Below are positions 1-10,076 of a DNA stretch of 64,000 nucleotides, one piece after another. Position 1 is the first letter of the stretch. Each line of letters starts with the position of its first letter. The position numbers and the translations under genes were made by a program. Origin of the DNA: Pedobacter sp. (GTDB lineage: Bacteria; Bacteroidota; Bacteroidia; Sphingobacteriales; Sphingobacteriaceae); assembly GCA_036399495.1 (NCBI GenBank), contig DASWMZ010000159.1, positions 30,310-94,309 of the forward strand, written 5' to 3'. The notes under the pieces are model-generated. The model had not been told where the DNA came from, searched no databases, and saw only the letters and a list, made by a program, of their open reading frames with translations.

Positions 1-1
1 T

Positions 2-1723
2 TTTTCTTTGACTATTAAAGGGAACAACACAATTGCATACACCAATGTATTGATTGGCGAAGTATGGGTGTGCAGCGGCCAATCAAATATGGAATGGTCA
101 TTAAGCGTTTCAAATAATGCTGAACAGGAAATTGCTGATGCAAACTATCCACAAATCAGGCATTTCACCGTTGCTAAAGCTGCGAGCAGTATTCCTCTAA
201 AAGACGTCAAAGGTGGAAGCTGGGAAATAGCTGAATCCAAAAATGCTGGTAGATTCTCTGCTGTAGGCTATTTCTTCGGAAGAAAGTTGTATCAGGAATT
301 AAAAGTTCCCATCGGGTTAATAAATACTTCATGGGGCGGCACACATGTTGAAACGTGGACCAGCCGCGAAGCATTTCAAGGCAGCGACGAATTTAAGAGC
401 ATGATCGCTTCTGTGCCATTGGTAAACATAGACTCATTGACAAAAATTAAATCGGCCAAGCTTAAAGTAGATATGCAGAAATGGCAAACTGATTTGCTGC
501 CCAAAAATTTATTGAGTACCTGGAACAAACCTGCCTTTGATGACAGCAAATGGAGTAAACTTAATGCGCCGGAGCTATGGGAAAGCCAGGGCCTAAATGG
601 GGTTGATGGCGTATTGCTTTTCAGAAAATCTTTTACTGTTGACGCCGATAAAGCAGGCAGCCATGCCGTAATTGAACTCGCTAAAATTGATGACAACGAC
701 ATCACTTATATTAATGGCGTTAAAGTTGGTGCAACCGATGGATATAATATAACCAGGAAGTATATAGTTCCTGCAGGAACTCTTAAATCCGGAATGAACG
801 TTATCTCTGTTCGCATAACCGACAACGGAGGTGGTGGCGGTTTTCATGGGGACTCACCTATGCAGATCACCATAGGCGATAAAGTCCAATCTTTGGCAGG
901 AGAGTGGCGATATAAATTTGAACTTATCAATGACTATGTATCGGCTTTAAACCTTAACCCTAATGAATATCCTTCCCTTTTATACAATGCAATGTTACAC
1001 CCGATAATTCCTTATGCAATACAGGGAGCAATATGGTACCAGGGAGAGTCTAATGCAGGTCGCGCATGGCAATACCGAAAAGCTTTCCCGTTAATGATAA
1101 CCGACTGGCGCAAGCAGTGGAAACAAGGTGATTTTCCTTTCTATTTTGTTCAGCTGGCCAGCTTTGATGCAGGCGGAAGCACCAATAAAAATTCAGGCTA
1201 CCAGTGGGCCGAACTTCGTGAAGCGCAAACACTCACATTATCACTTCCAAACACAGGCATGGCCGTTACTTCGGATGTTGGTGAAGCAAAAGATATTCAC
1301 CCGCGCAATAAGCAGGATGTAGGTCTTCGACTTGCTCTGGCCGCATTAAGCAATACATACAAAAAGAATATAGTTGGAAGCGGGCCTATGTATCAGTCGA
1401 TGAAAACTGAAGGCAATAAAGTGACCATTTCGTTCTCTAACATCGGTTCCGGATTAATGACCAAAGATAAATATGGTTATTTAAAAGGTTTTGAGATTTC
1501 TGGCCCAGACCAGAAATATTGTTATGCAAAAGCTTATATCAAGGGCGATAAAGTAATTGTTTATTCTGATGATGTACCTGCCCCGGTAGCGGTTCGTTTT
1601 GGATGGTTTGATGAAATAAGCGATAATAATCTTTTCAATAAAGAAGGATTGCCCGCAGTTCCTTTTAGAACAGATAATTGGGAACGGGTAACTACTGCCA
1701 ATAAATTCGAAATAAGTAAATAG
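2..1723 (+). CDS. sialate O-acetylesterase-like SGNH hydrolase; 5' end cut by the window edge
   Basis: GEVWVCSGQSNMEW catalytic-serine block lies near the N-terminus. The central region looks like a galactose-binding-like insert. WYQGESN and DIHPRNK blocks are typical of the 9-O-acetylesterase family. The frame is open to position 2. Confidence 0.8.
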   Translation, partial: FSLTIKGNNTIAYTNVLIGEVWVCSGQSNMEWSLSVSNNAEQEIADANYPQIRHFTVAKAASSIPLKDVKGGSWEIAESKNAGRFSAVGYFFGRKLYQELKVPIGLINTSWGGTHVETWTSREAFQGSDEFKSMIASVPLVNIDSLTKIKSAKLKVDMQKWQTDLLPKNLLSTWNKPAFDDSKWSKLNAPELWESQGLNGVDGVLLFRKSFTVDADKAGSHAVIELAKIDDNDITYINGVKVGATDGYNITRKYIVPAGTLKSGMNVISVRITDNGGGGGFHGDSPMQITIGDKVQSLAGEWRYKFELINDYVSALNLNPNEYPSLLYNAMLHPIIPYAIQGAIWYQGESNAGRAWQYRKAFPLMITDWRKQWKQGDFPFYFVQLASFDAGGSTNKNSGYQWAELREAQTLTLSLPNTGMAVTSDVGEAKDIHPRNKQDVGLRLALAALSNTYKKNIVGSGPMYQSMKTEGNKVTISFSNIGSGLMTKDKYGYLKGFEISGPDQKYCYAKAYIKGDKVIVYSDDVPAPVAVRFGWFDEISDNNLFNKEGLPAVPFRTDNWERVTTANKFEISK

Positions 1724-1730
1724 AAACATG

Positions 1731-1790
1731 ATCGGCTAAGGCCGATTTACATATAATAAACCCGGGAATAATTGCTTATTCACCGGGTTT
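1731..1790. terminator. two hairpins between convergent genes; likely bidirectional terminator
   Basis: ATCGGC-taag-GCCGAT at 1731-1746. AAACCCGGGAATAA..TTATTCaCCGGGTTT at 1758-1790, with T-rich flanks on both strands. Confidence 0.55.
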
Positions 1791-1808
1791 GTTATGTATA
1801 CTCTCGTA

Positions 1809-2576
1809 CTATTTTTCGACCAAAAATTTCAAGATCTCCTGCATAAAAATTTTGCTGTCCTTGCCCCAGTATTTCGAATCGGATGGGTTTGTTCCACTAA
1901 ATCGTTCTCCGTTTGGCATACCCATTAGCAATCCCGCCATCCCATCGCTCATCACGATTAGTTTCCCACCCTTGCGCAGTTTAGTGTAAGCAGAATGAAC
2001 GTAGTTCCCTTCATCGTTTACACGACTAATAACTTTTCCACCAGTAATTGATCGTCCGCCGCTATATGGCATCTCTCTTTTTCTTGCGCATACTTCGCTG
2101 CTATCTGCAATTGCGCCGCAGTTATGACGTACAGGTGCATTGCCAGTTAGCTCTAAACCAAATGGCCGGATAAAGTCGTTAACGCCTACATTCATAGGAG
2201 TGCGTCTTTCTTCGTCAAAAATGAGCAACATCGATCCACCCGACTTTAAAAACTTTATAATTGCTTGCTTCTCCTCCCCCTGAAAAGGTTTAGTAGGAGA
2301 AAAGATTACTAAGCTGTGCTTCTTTTTTAGCATCTGCTTTCCGATCATTTTCGAAGAGATCTCAACTGGCCGTGAATTTGGGGGCAGAAGTTTGTTAAAG
2401 GTTTCTCCATTACCTGGATTTTGCCCATGATAAGTGTCGAACACCAAAATCTTTTTTTGCCCGAAGACAACAGTTGGAAAAATTAAAGAATAAGCGATAA
2501 TTACTGATGTTAAAAGGCAGATAAAATGTGACGTCTTGTTATTGGTTTTCATATTAATTGTGTTAATTGAACTCAA
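1809..2576 (-). CDS. hypothetical exported protein, possibly with a DUF4350/ThuA-like amidotransferase-type fold
   Basis: N-terminal hydrophobic signal/anchor (HFICLLTSVIIAYSLIFPTVVFG). The family assignment is only a by-eye impression. Confidence 0.6.
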   Translation of the reverse strand: MSSINTINMKTNNKTSHFICLLTSVIIAYSLIFPTVVFGQKKILVFDTYHGQNPGNGETFNKLLPPNSRPVEISSKMIGKQMLKKKHSLVIFSPTKPFQGEEKQAIIKFLKSGGSMLLIFDEERRTPMNVGVNDFIRPFGLELTGNAPVRHNCGAIADSSEVCARKREMPYSGGRSITGGKVISRVNDEGNYVHSAYTKLRKGGKLIVMSDGMAGLLMGMPNGERFSGTNPSDSKYWGKDSKIFMQEILKFLVEK

Positions 2577-2680
2577 AGATGAAAATCAGTGGGAAGCTTC
2601 TCGCACACCAGCTTGTTCAAAACTGTTCAAGTTAGCTCAAGATGTGAAATTGATTTATTTTGTCTTGTTTTGATTGAGAA

Positions 2681-3931
2681 ATGCAAAGCGAAGAACTTCT
2701 TTTAAATAAACTTAAAACAGCTGTAGAGTTACAACTTGGATGGGGCGACGGCCATACCTGGAGCAATCAGGATTTTATAGAATTGAGTGCTCAGGTCTTT
2801 CTTAAAACAAAAGTAAATCTAAGCACGAGTACCCTGAAGAGGGTTTGGGGGAGAGTAAATTACAGCAGCACGCCTAGCACAACAACATTAGATACACTTT
2901 CCAGATTTTCCGGGTTTGATAGCTGGCGGGATTTTAAATTGAAATCAAGTTCTAATACGCGAGACCCGGCTGATCAACAAGCTAAAAGCAATTTCAAGAA
3001 GTATGCTATTATAGCATGTTCAATAATGCTGACTATTACTATTGCCATATTTTTGTCCTGGAAGCTTAAAAAGCCAGAATTAAATCCAAATGATTATCAG
3101 TTTAGCAGCAAAACGGTAGTCACCGCAGGAGTACCCAATTCGGTAATATTTGACTTTGACGCCTCCTCTGCACCTGTAGATTCCGTGATCATTCAGCAAT
3201 CCTGGAACCAGGAGCTTCAGACGAAAGTCTCTAAAAATCAAAAGCATCACACATCTATCTACTATTATCCCAATCACTTTCTCGCTAAATTGATTGTGGG
3301 AGATCAGATAATAAAAGAACACGGTTTATTAATCCGATCGAACGGCTGGTTGCCGCTCATCGATCAGAAGCCTGCCCCCATTTATCTCAACTTAAGGGAT
3401 GTGAGAAAGCGGGGCAAACTAAACATAACTGCGACTGACGTCATCTCTAAAAACGTTAGTCTGAGCCCTGATCCACCAACAGTGATGTTTACAAATGTTA
3501 GTGACTTTGGAGAAATTTATACCAATAACTTTCTGTTTGAAGCTTCAGTTAAAAACACCTATGCCGAAGGTGCTGGAGCTTGCCAGACAAGCAGCATCTT
3601 TTTGTATTGTATAGGAAGTGTGATTAAGATCCCGCTGAGTACCAAGGGATGCGTTTCGGATGCCAATATTATGTTCACCGATTTTTACGCCGATGGGAAG
3701 AAAGAAAACTTGTCGGCTTTTGGTGTAGATTTCACTGAATTTGTCAAGGTTAGAATAGAATCGGTAAAGGGAAAAGCAAAAATTTTCATCAATGATAGAT
3801 TAGCCTATAGCGTAAATGAAGGTCTAAAAAAGGCAAAGATAGTTGGAATGTCTTGCAGGTTTAAAGGTGCCGGTGCAGTAGACTTTGTTAGGCTCAGCAA
3901 TGGGAAACACGAGTTCAAAGACGAATTCTAG
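2681..3931 (+). CDS. single-pass membrane protein with an N-terminal HTH-like cytoplasmic module and a beta-rich external domain
   Basis: N-terminal STLKRVWGRVNYSSTPSTTTLDTLSRFSGFDSWRDF motif. One TM segment (YAIIACSIMLTITIAIFLSW). About 290 aa C-terminal domain. Confidence 0.65.
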   Translation: MQSEELLLNKLKTAVELQLGWGDGHTWSNQDFIELSAQVFLKTKVNLSTSTLKRVWGRVNYSSTPSTTTLDTLSRFSGFDSWRDFKLKSSSNTRDPADQQAKSNFKKYAIIACSIMLTITIAIFLSWKLKKPELNPNDYQFSSKTVVTAGVPNSVIFDFDASSAPVDSVIIQQSWNQELQTKVSKNQKHHTSIYYYPNHFLAKLIVGDQIIKEHGLLIRSNGWLPLIDQKPAPIYLNLRDVRKRGKLNITATDVISKNVSLSPDPPTVMFTNVSDFGEIYTNNFLFEASVKNTYAEGAGACQTSSIFLYCIGSVIKIPLSTKGCVSDANIMFTDFYADGKKENLSAFGVDFTEFVKVRIESVKGKAKIFINDRLAYSVNEGLKKAKIVGMSCRFKGAGAVDFVRLSNGKHEFKDEF

Positions 3932-3995
3932 CATGGCAGCGTTTATGTTCTGAATTCTCTATTAAACAATTTACAACCATCTAGGAAGCTTATTA

Positions 3996-5000
3996 ATGAT
4001 CAAAGTTGTTTTTTTCGCAGCACTTCTTTTAGTAGGCGCCTCAATAAGCTTCGCTCAGCATTCCCCCGGCAATACGCCTCCGGTTGGTATGGTTTGGATC
4101 GAGGGCGGAATTTTAAATATGGGTGGCGATAACACACAAGCTTCAGAAGACGAATTTCCAAAACACAGGGTTGAATTAAGCGGGTTTTGGATGGACGTTA
4201 CAGAGGTTACCAACGCTCAATTTGCAGCGTTTGTAAAAGCAACCGGCTATATCACTACAGCAGAGCAAAAGCCAGATTGGGAAGAGCTCAAGAAACAATT
4301 ACCCCCAGATACGCCCAAGCCAGACGATAATGTACTCGTCGCTTCTTCATTAGTATTCAAAGCCCCGCCTTCCGCCGTCAATCTCCAGGATTATTCCCAA
4401 TGGTGGGTATGGACTGAAGGCGCCGACTGGAAACATCCGGATGGCCCGGCTAGTAACATTGAGGGGAAAGAGAATCATCCTGTTGTGCACATTTCTTGGT
4501 ATGATGCACAGGCCTATTGTAAATGGGCTGGAAAACGCTTGCCAACCGAATCTGAATGGGAATGGGCCGCACGAGGTGGATTGAGCAATCAAATCTATCC
4601 ATGGGGAAATGAGCAAATAAATAAAGAGAAAGCCAATTATTGGCAGGGGCAGTTTCCAAATCAAAACACCGAAGAAGATAAATTCTATTTTGATGCGCCG
4701 GTAAAAAGCTTTGAACCAAACGGCTTTGGACTGTACGATATGGCCGGCAATGTTTGGGAATGGTGCGCTGATTATTACCAAAACGATTATTACAGCAAAA
4801 TAAAAACTGGCGCAAAAAATCCAGCAGGCCCAGATAAAAGCTTCGATCCGGAAGAACCCCTGGCCCAAAAACGCGTAATGAGAGGCGGCTCTTTTTTATG
4901 TAACGATAGTTACTGCTCCGGCTATCGTGTGGCCCGCCGCATGAAAAGCACTGAAGACAGCAGTATGCAGCATGTTGGGTTTAGATGCGTGAAGAATTAG
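3996..5000 (+). CDS. formylglycine-generating enzyme (SUMF1/FGE-sulfatase) family protein
   Basis: Signal peptide. Blocks HPVVHISWYDAQAYCKWAGKRLPTESEWEWAARGG, GNVWEWCADYY and RGGSFLCNDSYCSGYRVARR are characteristic of the FGE family. Confidence 0.9.
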   Translation: MIKVVFFAALLLVGASISFAQHSPGNTPPVGMVWIEGGILNMGGDNTQASEDEFPKHRVELSGFWMDVTEVTNAQFAAFVKATGYITTAEQKPDWEELKKQLPPDTPKPDDNVLVASSLVFKAPPSAVNLQDYSQWWVWTEGADWKHPDGPASNIEGKENHPVVHISWYDAQAYCKWAGKRLPTESEWEWAARGGLSNQIYPWGNEQINKEKANYWQGQFPNQNTEEDKFYFDAPVKSFEPNGFGLYDMAGNVWEWCADYYQNDYYSKIKTGAKNPAGPDKSFDPEEPLAQKRVMRGGSFLCNDSYCSGYRVARRMKSTEDSSMQHVGFRCVKN

Positions 5001-5422
5001 TCTACATCAATTTGTATCCTAATCTTCATCTTTCAATATTAAATCTCTAACTAGGTTTCTAAAGACCTAATACACAATAGCAAAGCTGCAGTGCGGAAAT
5101 GTTGTCATTGCTCGTTCTTTCGTTAGAGAAATTAAGCGCCAGATGCATCAAGCAGGCTGGCCTCAGCGGATTGAGCGTTAAAAAAGTTGAAAAGAAGGCT
5201 TGCTGAAAGAACATAATAAACTGAAGGAAAGCAATCCGGAGAAGCGGATTAGAAACTTCCAGCCAACGCAACAATAACCCGCGGCTTGGATTGCAGGTAG
5301 CCTTATTTTGAACTTTTAGCTCAAGACTCGAAAGCCTTGATTTTCGTTTCTTTTCATTAAGGAAAGAAAAGCTTGCCCGGCAAGGGCATACAGAATCGGT
5401 TAAGAACCAAAATCATGTTAAC

Positions 5423-5899
5423 TCAGCGATCAATCTTTCGATGCTCCCACGGAGCAATCGGATTCTTCACACTCCAAATCCCAACTTTCCGCCTTCTCGC
5501 CTCGAGTTCTAAATTCGCCCATTCTGTCGAGCTATCATACTTTTTATAGTGCCAGGCCAAACCCGCTCGCAGCAGTTCGCTGTTAAGAATCCGCCCATCT
5601 GGCAAACTAACAATACCAATTGTTCTGCCGTATCGATCTTTATTTAACGCTACAACACTCACCACTTTACCAAACACCAACTCCGACGTGTATATTTTCG
5701 CTTTGTTAGCAAAATCCTGGTTCCGCTCGGGGCAGTCAATACCATGAAGCCGCACCTTAATTTGAGTAAAATCTCGAGTCAATACAGTAATCGTGTCTCC
5801 ATCCGCCACCTTAATTACCCTGCCACTAAGTATCTCCGCACATAACGCGATCAGGTTTCCCGCAAGCAATAAACACAACACCAAAACATATCTCTTCAT
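5423..5899 (-). CDS. secreted thermonuclease (staphylococcal nuclease/SNase) homologue
   Basis: Signal peptide MKRYVLVLCLLLAGN. VADGDTITVL and VRLHGIDCPE motifs. The start was moved to the ATG at 5899 because the upstream ORF extension has no signal-peptide logic. Confidence 0.85.
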   Translation of the reverse strand: MKRYVLVLCLLLAGNLIALCAEILSGRVIKVADGDTITVLTRDFTQIKVRLHGIDCPERNQDFANKAKIYTSELVFGKVVSVVALNKDRYGRTIGIVSLPDGRILNSELLRAGLAWHYKKYDSSTEWANLELEARRRKVGIWSVKNPIAPWEHRKIDR

Positions 5900-6115
5900 C
5901 AGGGCACGAAGATATAGAATGTCGATTAAGCTTAAAATATTGTTTGGAAAGAAGCCATGTGCTGCTATGTTCCGGCAGCCCTGCCATGCACTCATACTGC
6001 GCAGGCATCAAGCGCAGGCCGGTATCCGTTTCTGTCAGGTTTAGATGGTTAAGCTTCTTTTTTATGGATATGCTAGTTTTCCGTATCCGGCCTTTTTTTA
6101 TTTACTTAGTTGATT

Positions 6116-7042
6116 ATGAAAATATGCTTCTTCGGAGTTGGGGGTGTGGGTGGATATTTCGGAACACTGATAACTCAAAAATTTAATGATATCCACGAAA
6201 TCTATTTCATTGCGCGAGGAAGTCACAAGGATGCAATTCGTGCAAACGGAATAACATTAAAGAAGGCTGGAGGCAGTAATCTGATAAACGTGTCACCCAA
6301 ATTATGTACTGATACCACTGATGATCTTCCAAATTGTGATATCATCTTTTTATCAGTAAAAGCTTACGACTTGCCTAACGCCGTTCAGGAGATTAATAAG
6401 ATCGTTAGTGATAAAACTATTATTCTTCCACTTCTTAACGGCGTAGATATCTACGAAAGAATTACAAAGCATTTGAAAACCGGCATCGTTTTACCGTCTT
6501 GCGTTTACGTTGGAACGCATATCGAAAGTCCGGGTGTTGTATACCAAAAAGGAGGAAGCTGCAAGATATCCTTAGGCAGAGATCCTAAGTTCACAGATTT
6601 TTATCCTGCATCATTATTAGCCTTGCTTGAAGATTCTCAAATTGATTTCGACTGGGAAGAAAATGTTAAGACACCAATCTGGTCGAAGTTTATGTTTATA
6701 GCTGCTTACGGCCTTGCTACAGCAACTTATAAAAAGACGATGGGTGAGATACTTGAAGACACGGATTTATCAGCACTCACTAAATCAATCATGCTCGAAA
6801 TTGAAGAGATTGCAAAACGTTTGGAGATTTCACTCAGCCCGACTATCGTAGAGGAATCATTTAATAAGGCGAAGCAGTTCCCTTATGAAACTAAAACTTC
6901 GTTCCAAAGGGACATTGAGTCTAAAGGAAGTATTAATGAAGCAGATGTATTCGGAGGCACCTTGATTCGCTACGGCAAAGAACTAAATATCCACATTCCA
7001 AATATTACTGTGACTTATGAAAAACTGTTGAAACAGTTTTAA
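6116..7042 (+). CDS. panE: 2-dehydropantoate 2-reductase (ketopantoate reductase, ApbA/PanE family)
   Basis: N-terminal Rossmann motif MKICFFGVGGVGGYFG. Family-typical length and LPLLNG block. Confidence 0.75.
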   Translation: MKICFFGVGGVGGYFGTLITQKFNDIHEIYFIARGSHKDAIRANGITLKKAGGSNLINVSPKLCTDTTDDLPNCDIIFLSVKAYDLPNAVQEINKIVSDKTIILPLLNGVDIYERITKHLKTGIVLPSCVYVGTHIESPGVVYQKGGSCKISLGRDPKFTDFYPASLLALLEDSQIDFDWEENVKTPIWSKFMFIAAYGLATATYKKTMGEILEDTDLSALTKSIMLEIEEIAKRLEISLSPTIVEESFNKAKQFPYETKTSFQRDIESKGSINEADVFGGTLIRYGKELNIHIPNITVTYEKLLKQF

Positions 7043-7127
7043 TAAGGACTTATCTTCCCAATCGCCTTTGTTTGTTGATCATACTAACACACTCATCGAA
7101 ATCAAATTCCGAAGAGTGCGCTAGTCA

Positions 7128-9458
7128 CTACTTCTTCAAAAACTCCTTAGGCAACGGATTCTCCTTACTCTCCTCCTGCCACGCCAAACCAGAAATCCAC
7201 CATCTTCCATTCGACTTAACCAATGTCAGGTAATTTATTCCTCTATCAACTACTTTCCCCTTCTCATCCGACTTGGATTGATAAGCAGATTGAACAGAAG
7301 CAACATTTCCATAATTTGATACTTTGCGACTTACCTCTGATTCAAAGAACCCATTTTGAGCAAAATAAGGCGCATTATTTTTTTGGTATTCGGCTGATGT
7401 AAAGGAGAAATATTTTTGTTCGCCCGTAGGTGTCGCTCCGACAGCTCCTAGGGTTGCACCCGGCAAAAAGAGACTATGGAAGCGATTCCAGTTTCGCTCA
7501 CCGGCAGGCCCGGAAATCACACTATATAAAGATTTAATTATCGCATCAATACTTCCTACATCCTGTGGGTTAGCTTTCGGACTTGGAGTTTCAATGCTGC
7601 CTCCCTGATTGCCTCTTAACCAGGCATTACGAACCGCCAGTTGTTTCGAAGTGGGGTTTTCGATCAAGTCGAGCTTATTTTCATCTGCCTGGGTAATAAA
7701 ATATACCGGTGCACTTAGAATCAGGGTATCGATCTTCCCATTAGCATTTGTCCTCCCAACTCTGGCTTTTAAAAAATCGCCTTCTTTAAGGCTCGTTCTT
7801 AGTCCTCCTAAAACAGCAGCAAAGGTATTTGGAGTAACTTCTTGTCCGTTAAAAGAATAAAGTTCATCGCCTATCTGATAACCAAACTTTTTACCAAATT
7901 CATTAAACTTCGAATTCTGACTTACATACAAAACACCTTTCGGATTCAATGCCGGCGTAATTCCTCCGAAAGAAACCACTTTCTTTTGAGTTAACGGAGT
8001 GTACTTAACTCCGGCCAGGCCGAAATAATAATCATACGGGATTGGCGTATTGCTGCCTTGCACATATTTAACTAAAAAGTCCTTGGCTTCCGGGTAGCTT
8101 AATTCAGCAATTACGTTAAAGAGCTCATCATCATTAAATGCGCGGGTGCGTCCGTAACGCACGCCGAGGTCATGTGTTAAGTTCTTAAAGCTATAATTTC
8201 CGCCAGAACGATCGAGCAGTATCAGATCAAGACAAGCCGTTATTAACGCTCCCTTATCATAAACATTACCATACTGCTCTTCGTGTGTTGTTGCAGCCAG
8301 TTTACTTAACTCAGTGAAAGAAAGACTATCGTTATACCTGTTTTTTGAGTTAGTTATCTTTTGAGAAAGCTCCCCAAGAAAACCGGGAACAGACTTTAAG
8401 CCCTGCTGAACCTGCACATGATGAGAAGTATATTCTGTTGACCCTTCATAAAGCCACAAATGTTTTGAAAGTACAGCCTCATTAAAATTGAATTGCTTTA
8501 TTTCCTGAGATGCAATTGTTAAAGGAGTTACGATGTGAAAAAATTCGTGCGAAGCGATATCGACAATGGAACTTCGCAACTGATCGGCAGGGGCCTCACC
8601 AAGGTAATAAAAGGATGAAGTGGTATGCTCCAGGGCACCTCCTAATCCGGGAGGAAAGCTATGAGTGATTTTTGGATCTCTAAAGTAAAAGATGAAAGCA
8701 TACTTGTCTGCCGGCAACTTTCCGCCTAAATAATTCTTTGCACCTTGAAGTAGATCATTCAGCCATCCGGAAATCTCTTTTGCACTAATTTGTTTATTTG
8801 GAGAGTATGCAGACACCAACACATTGCAGTTACCCACCTGGATATTCGCAGTATCAGGGACGGTATACATAATGGGCGAATCGTAAAGTTCATCAATATT
8901 TCCAGCTTTGAATAGATCTGTTGTTGCTGTTGAACTTGTTGGTGTAAGGGATGTTGAAGCATAAAAATTTTGCGGCTTCTCAACACTCAACTCTACCGGA
9001 GTCTGTCGTACTTCATTAAAATAACCAAAAAAACCAGGAGTGTGTAAGACATAGTTTTTTTGTTCTTCAATGTTAGTAGCCGACATCGGGTAAACATTAT
9101 GTTTGGTTGCGCTGTCGAATATATCATCAACCAGATAAGTAATTTTAGTCAACTTTTTAGCGTCCGAAATCTTCCATTGATTGTCATTGAGGCGACTTAC
9201 TTTTAACAATTTTCCTTTGGCATCGAAGGCCCTTAAGCTGTCAACAAATTTTCCATAATCACTGATGCTATACGTACCCGGAATAATTTTCGGAAAAGCA
9301 TAAACAACTGTTTCCGATTTAATGGTTGGCGTTAAAAGGGTGACGTGCAGCTTATCATTTTTAACCGCATTGAGGTTTATTGAGTATCGGTAAGGTGCCT
9401 GAGCGAAAAGCACCGCGTTTATTAAAAAAAACGCGAAGGTGAGTAATGATCTATTCAT
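7128..9458 (-). CDS. M61 family metallopeptidase with a PDZ domain and an extra C-terminal domain
   Basis: Signal peptide. HEFFH zinc motif followed by LWLYEGSTEY. PDZ-like GYQIGDELYSFNGQEV. About 150-aa C-terminal extension ending GRWWISGLAWQEES. Confidence 0.8.
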   Translation of the reverse strand: MNRSLLTFAFFLINAVLFAQAPYRYSINLNAVKNDKLHVTLLTPTIKSETVVYAFPKIIPGTYSISDYGKFVDSLRAFDAKGKLLKVSRLNDNQWKISDAKKLTKITYLVDDIFDSATKHNVYPMSATNIEEQKNYVLHTPGFFGYFNEVRQTPVELSVEKPQNFYASTSLTPTSSTATTDLFKAGNIDELYDSPIMYTVPDTANIQVGNCNVLVSAYSPNKQISAKEISGWLNDLLQGAKNYLGGKLPADKYAFIFYFRDPKITHSFPPGLGGALEHTTSSFYYLGEAPADQLRSSIVDIASHEFFHIVTPLTIASQEIKQFNFNEAVLSKHLWLYEGSTEYTSHHVQVQQGLKSVPGFLGELSQKITNSKNRYNDSLSFTELSKLAATTHEEQYGNVYDKGALITACLDLILLDRSGGNYSFKNLTHDLGVRYGRTRAFNDDELFNVIAELSYPEAKDFLVKYVQGSNTPIPYDYYFGLAGVKYTPLTQKKVVSFGGITPALNPKGVLYVSQNSKFNEFGKKFGYQIGDELYSFNGQEVTPNTFAAVLGGLRTSLKEGDFLKARVGRTNANGKIDTLILSAPVYFITQADENKLDLIENPTSKQLAVRNAWLRGNQGGSIETPSPKANPQDVGSIDAIIKSLYSVISGPAGERNWNRFHSLFLPGATLGAVGATPTGEQKYFSFTSAEYQKNNAPYFAQNGFFESEVSRKVSNYGNVASVQSAYQSKSDEKGKVVDRGINYLTLVKSNGRWWISGLAWQEESKENPLPKEFLKK

Positions 9459-9666
9459 ATTAATGATTTGGTATTTGATTATGCCCGATGTTTAATGTTA
9501 CAATAATCGCGTTGTATAAACAAGTGTTTATAACATGAATGGTTTGAAAGAAAGCGTGTTAAAAATCCGCTGTACCGGACTGATAGTGCTCTATAGTATC
9601 TTCATCTATGTAATCTTTACGCGACTGCAAAATTTAATCATATGTTTTGAGTAAATTAGTAAACGA

Positions 9667-10041
9667 ATGAAGAAGAAAATTTTGGTAGTTGAGAAGGATA
9701 GAGATATTCTTCATGTTATTGAATATATTTTAAAAGAGCATAATTACGACGTTTTTACAGCTCACACTGAAAAGGAGATTATCGCAAGCATAAAGGAAAT
9801 TACACCTGATGCTATTTTGCTTGATGTTATTAAACCCACAGATGAAGGCACTGCCTTATGTAATGCAATAAAGGCAAATCCGGAAATATGTCATATCCCG
9901 GTTATTGTACTTTCAACACACTTTAATATTCAATCTTTAAAGTCCGTTTGTGCAGATGAGATAATTGAGAAACCATTTGACATACACGAGTTGCTTTCTG
10001 TAATAGAGAAACAATTGCAACCTGTATCTCCTACCGCATAG
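9667..10041 (+). CDS. stand-alone response regulator receiver domain protein
   Basis: CheY-like layout: KILVVEKDRD, phospho-acceptor context AILLDVIKP, IPVIVLST, conserved K in EKPF. No output domain. Confidence 0.85.
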   Translation: MKKKILVVEKDRDILHVIEYILKEHNYDVFTAHTEKEIIASIKEITPDAILLDVIKPTDEGTALCNAIKANPEICHIPVIVLSTHFNIQSLKSVCADEIIEKPFDIHELLSVIEKQLQPVSPTA

Positions 10042-10076
10042 TTTTTTATTAAACTGCGCCATTATGGTTAAAGCAA

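Noticed and set aside
4350-4868. 172-aa and 121-aa ORFs antisense to the FGE-family gene
   Set aside because: They lie entirely inside a well-supported gene on the opposite strand, their composition is low-complexity and not protein-like, and they have no motifs. This is the typical shadow-ORF artefact.
5900-5995. N-terminal 32-codon extension of the nuclease ORF
   Set aside because: The internal ATG at 5899 is followed directly by a canonical signal peptide. The extension has no such logic and intrudes into the divergent promoter region.
5145-6030. Shared GCATCAAGC..AGGC.GG motif on both sides of the nuclease gene, which could suggest flanking repeats of a cassette
   Set aside because: The shared core is only about 9 nt exact. 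Matches of that length are expected many times by chance in 64 kb, and the flanking similarity is weak.
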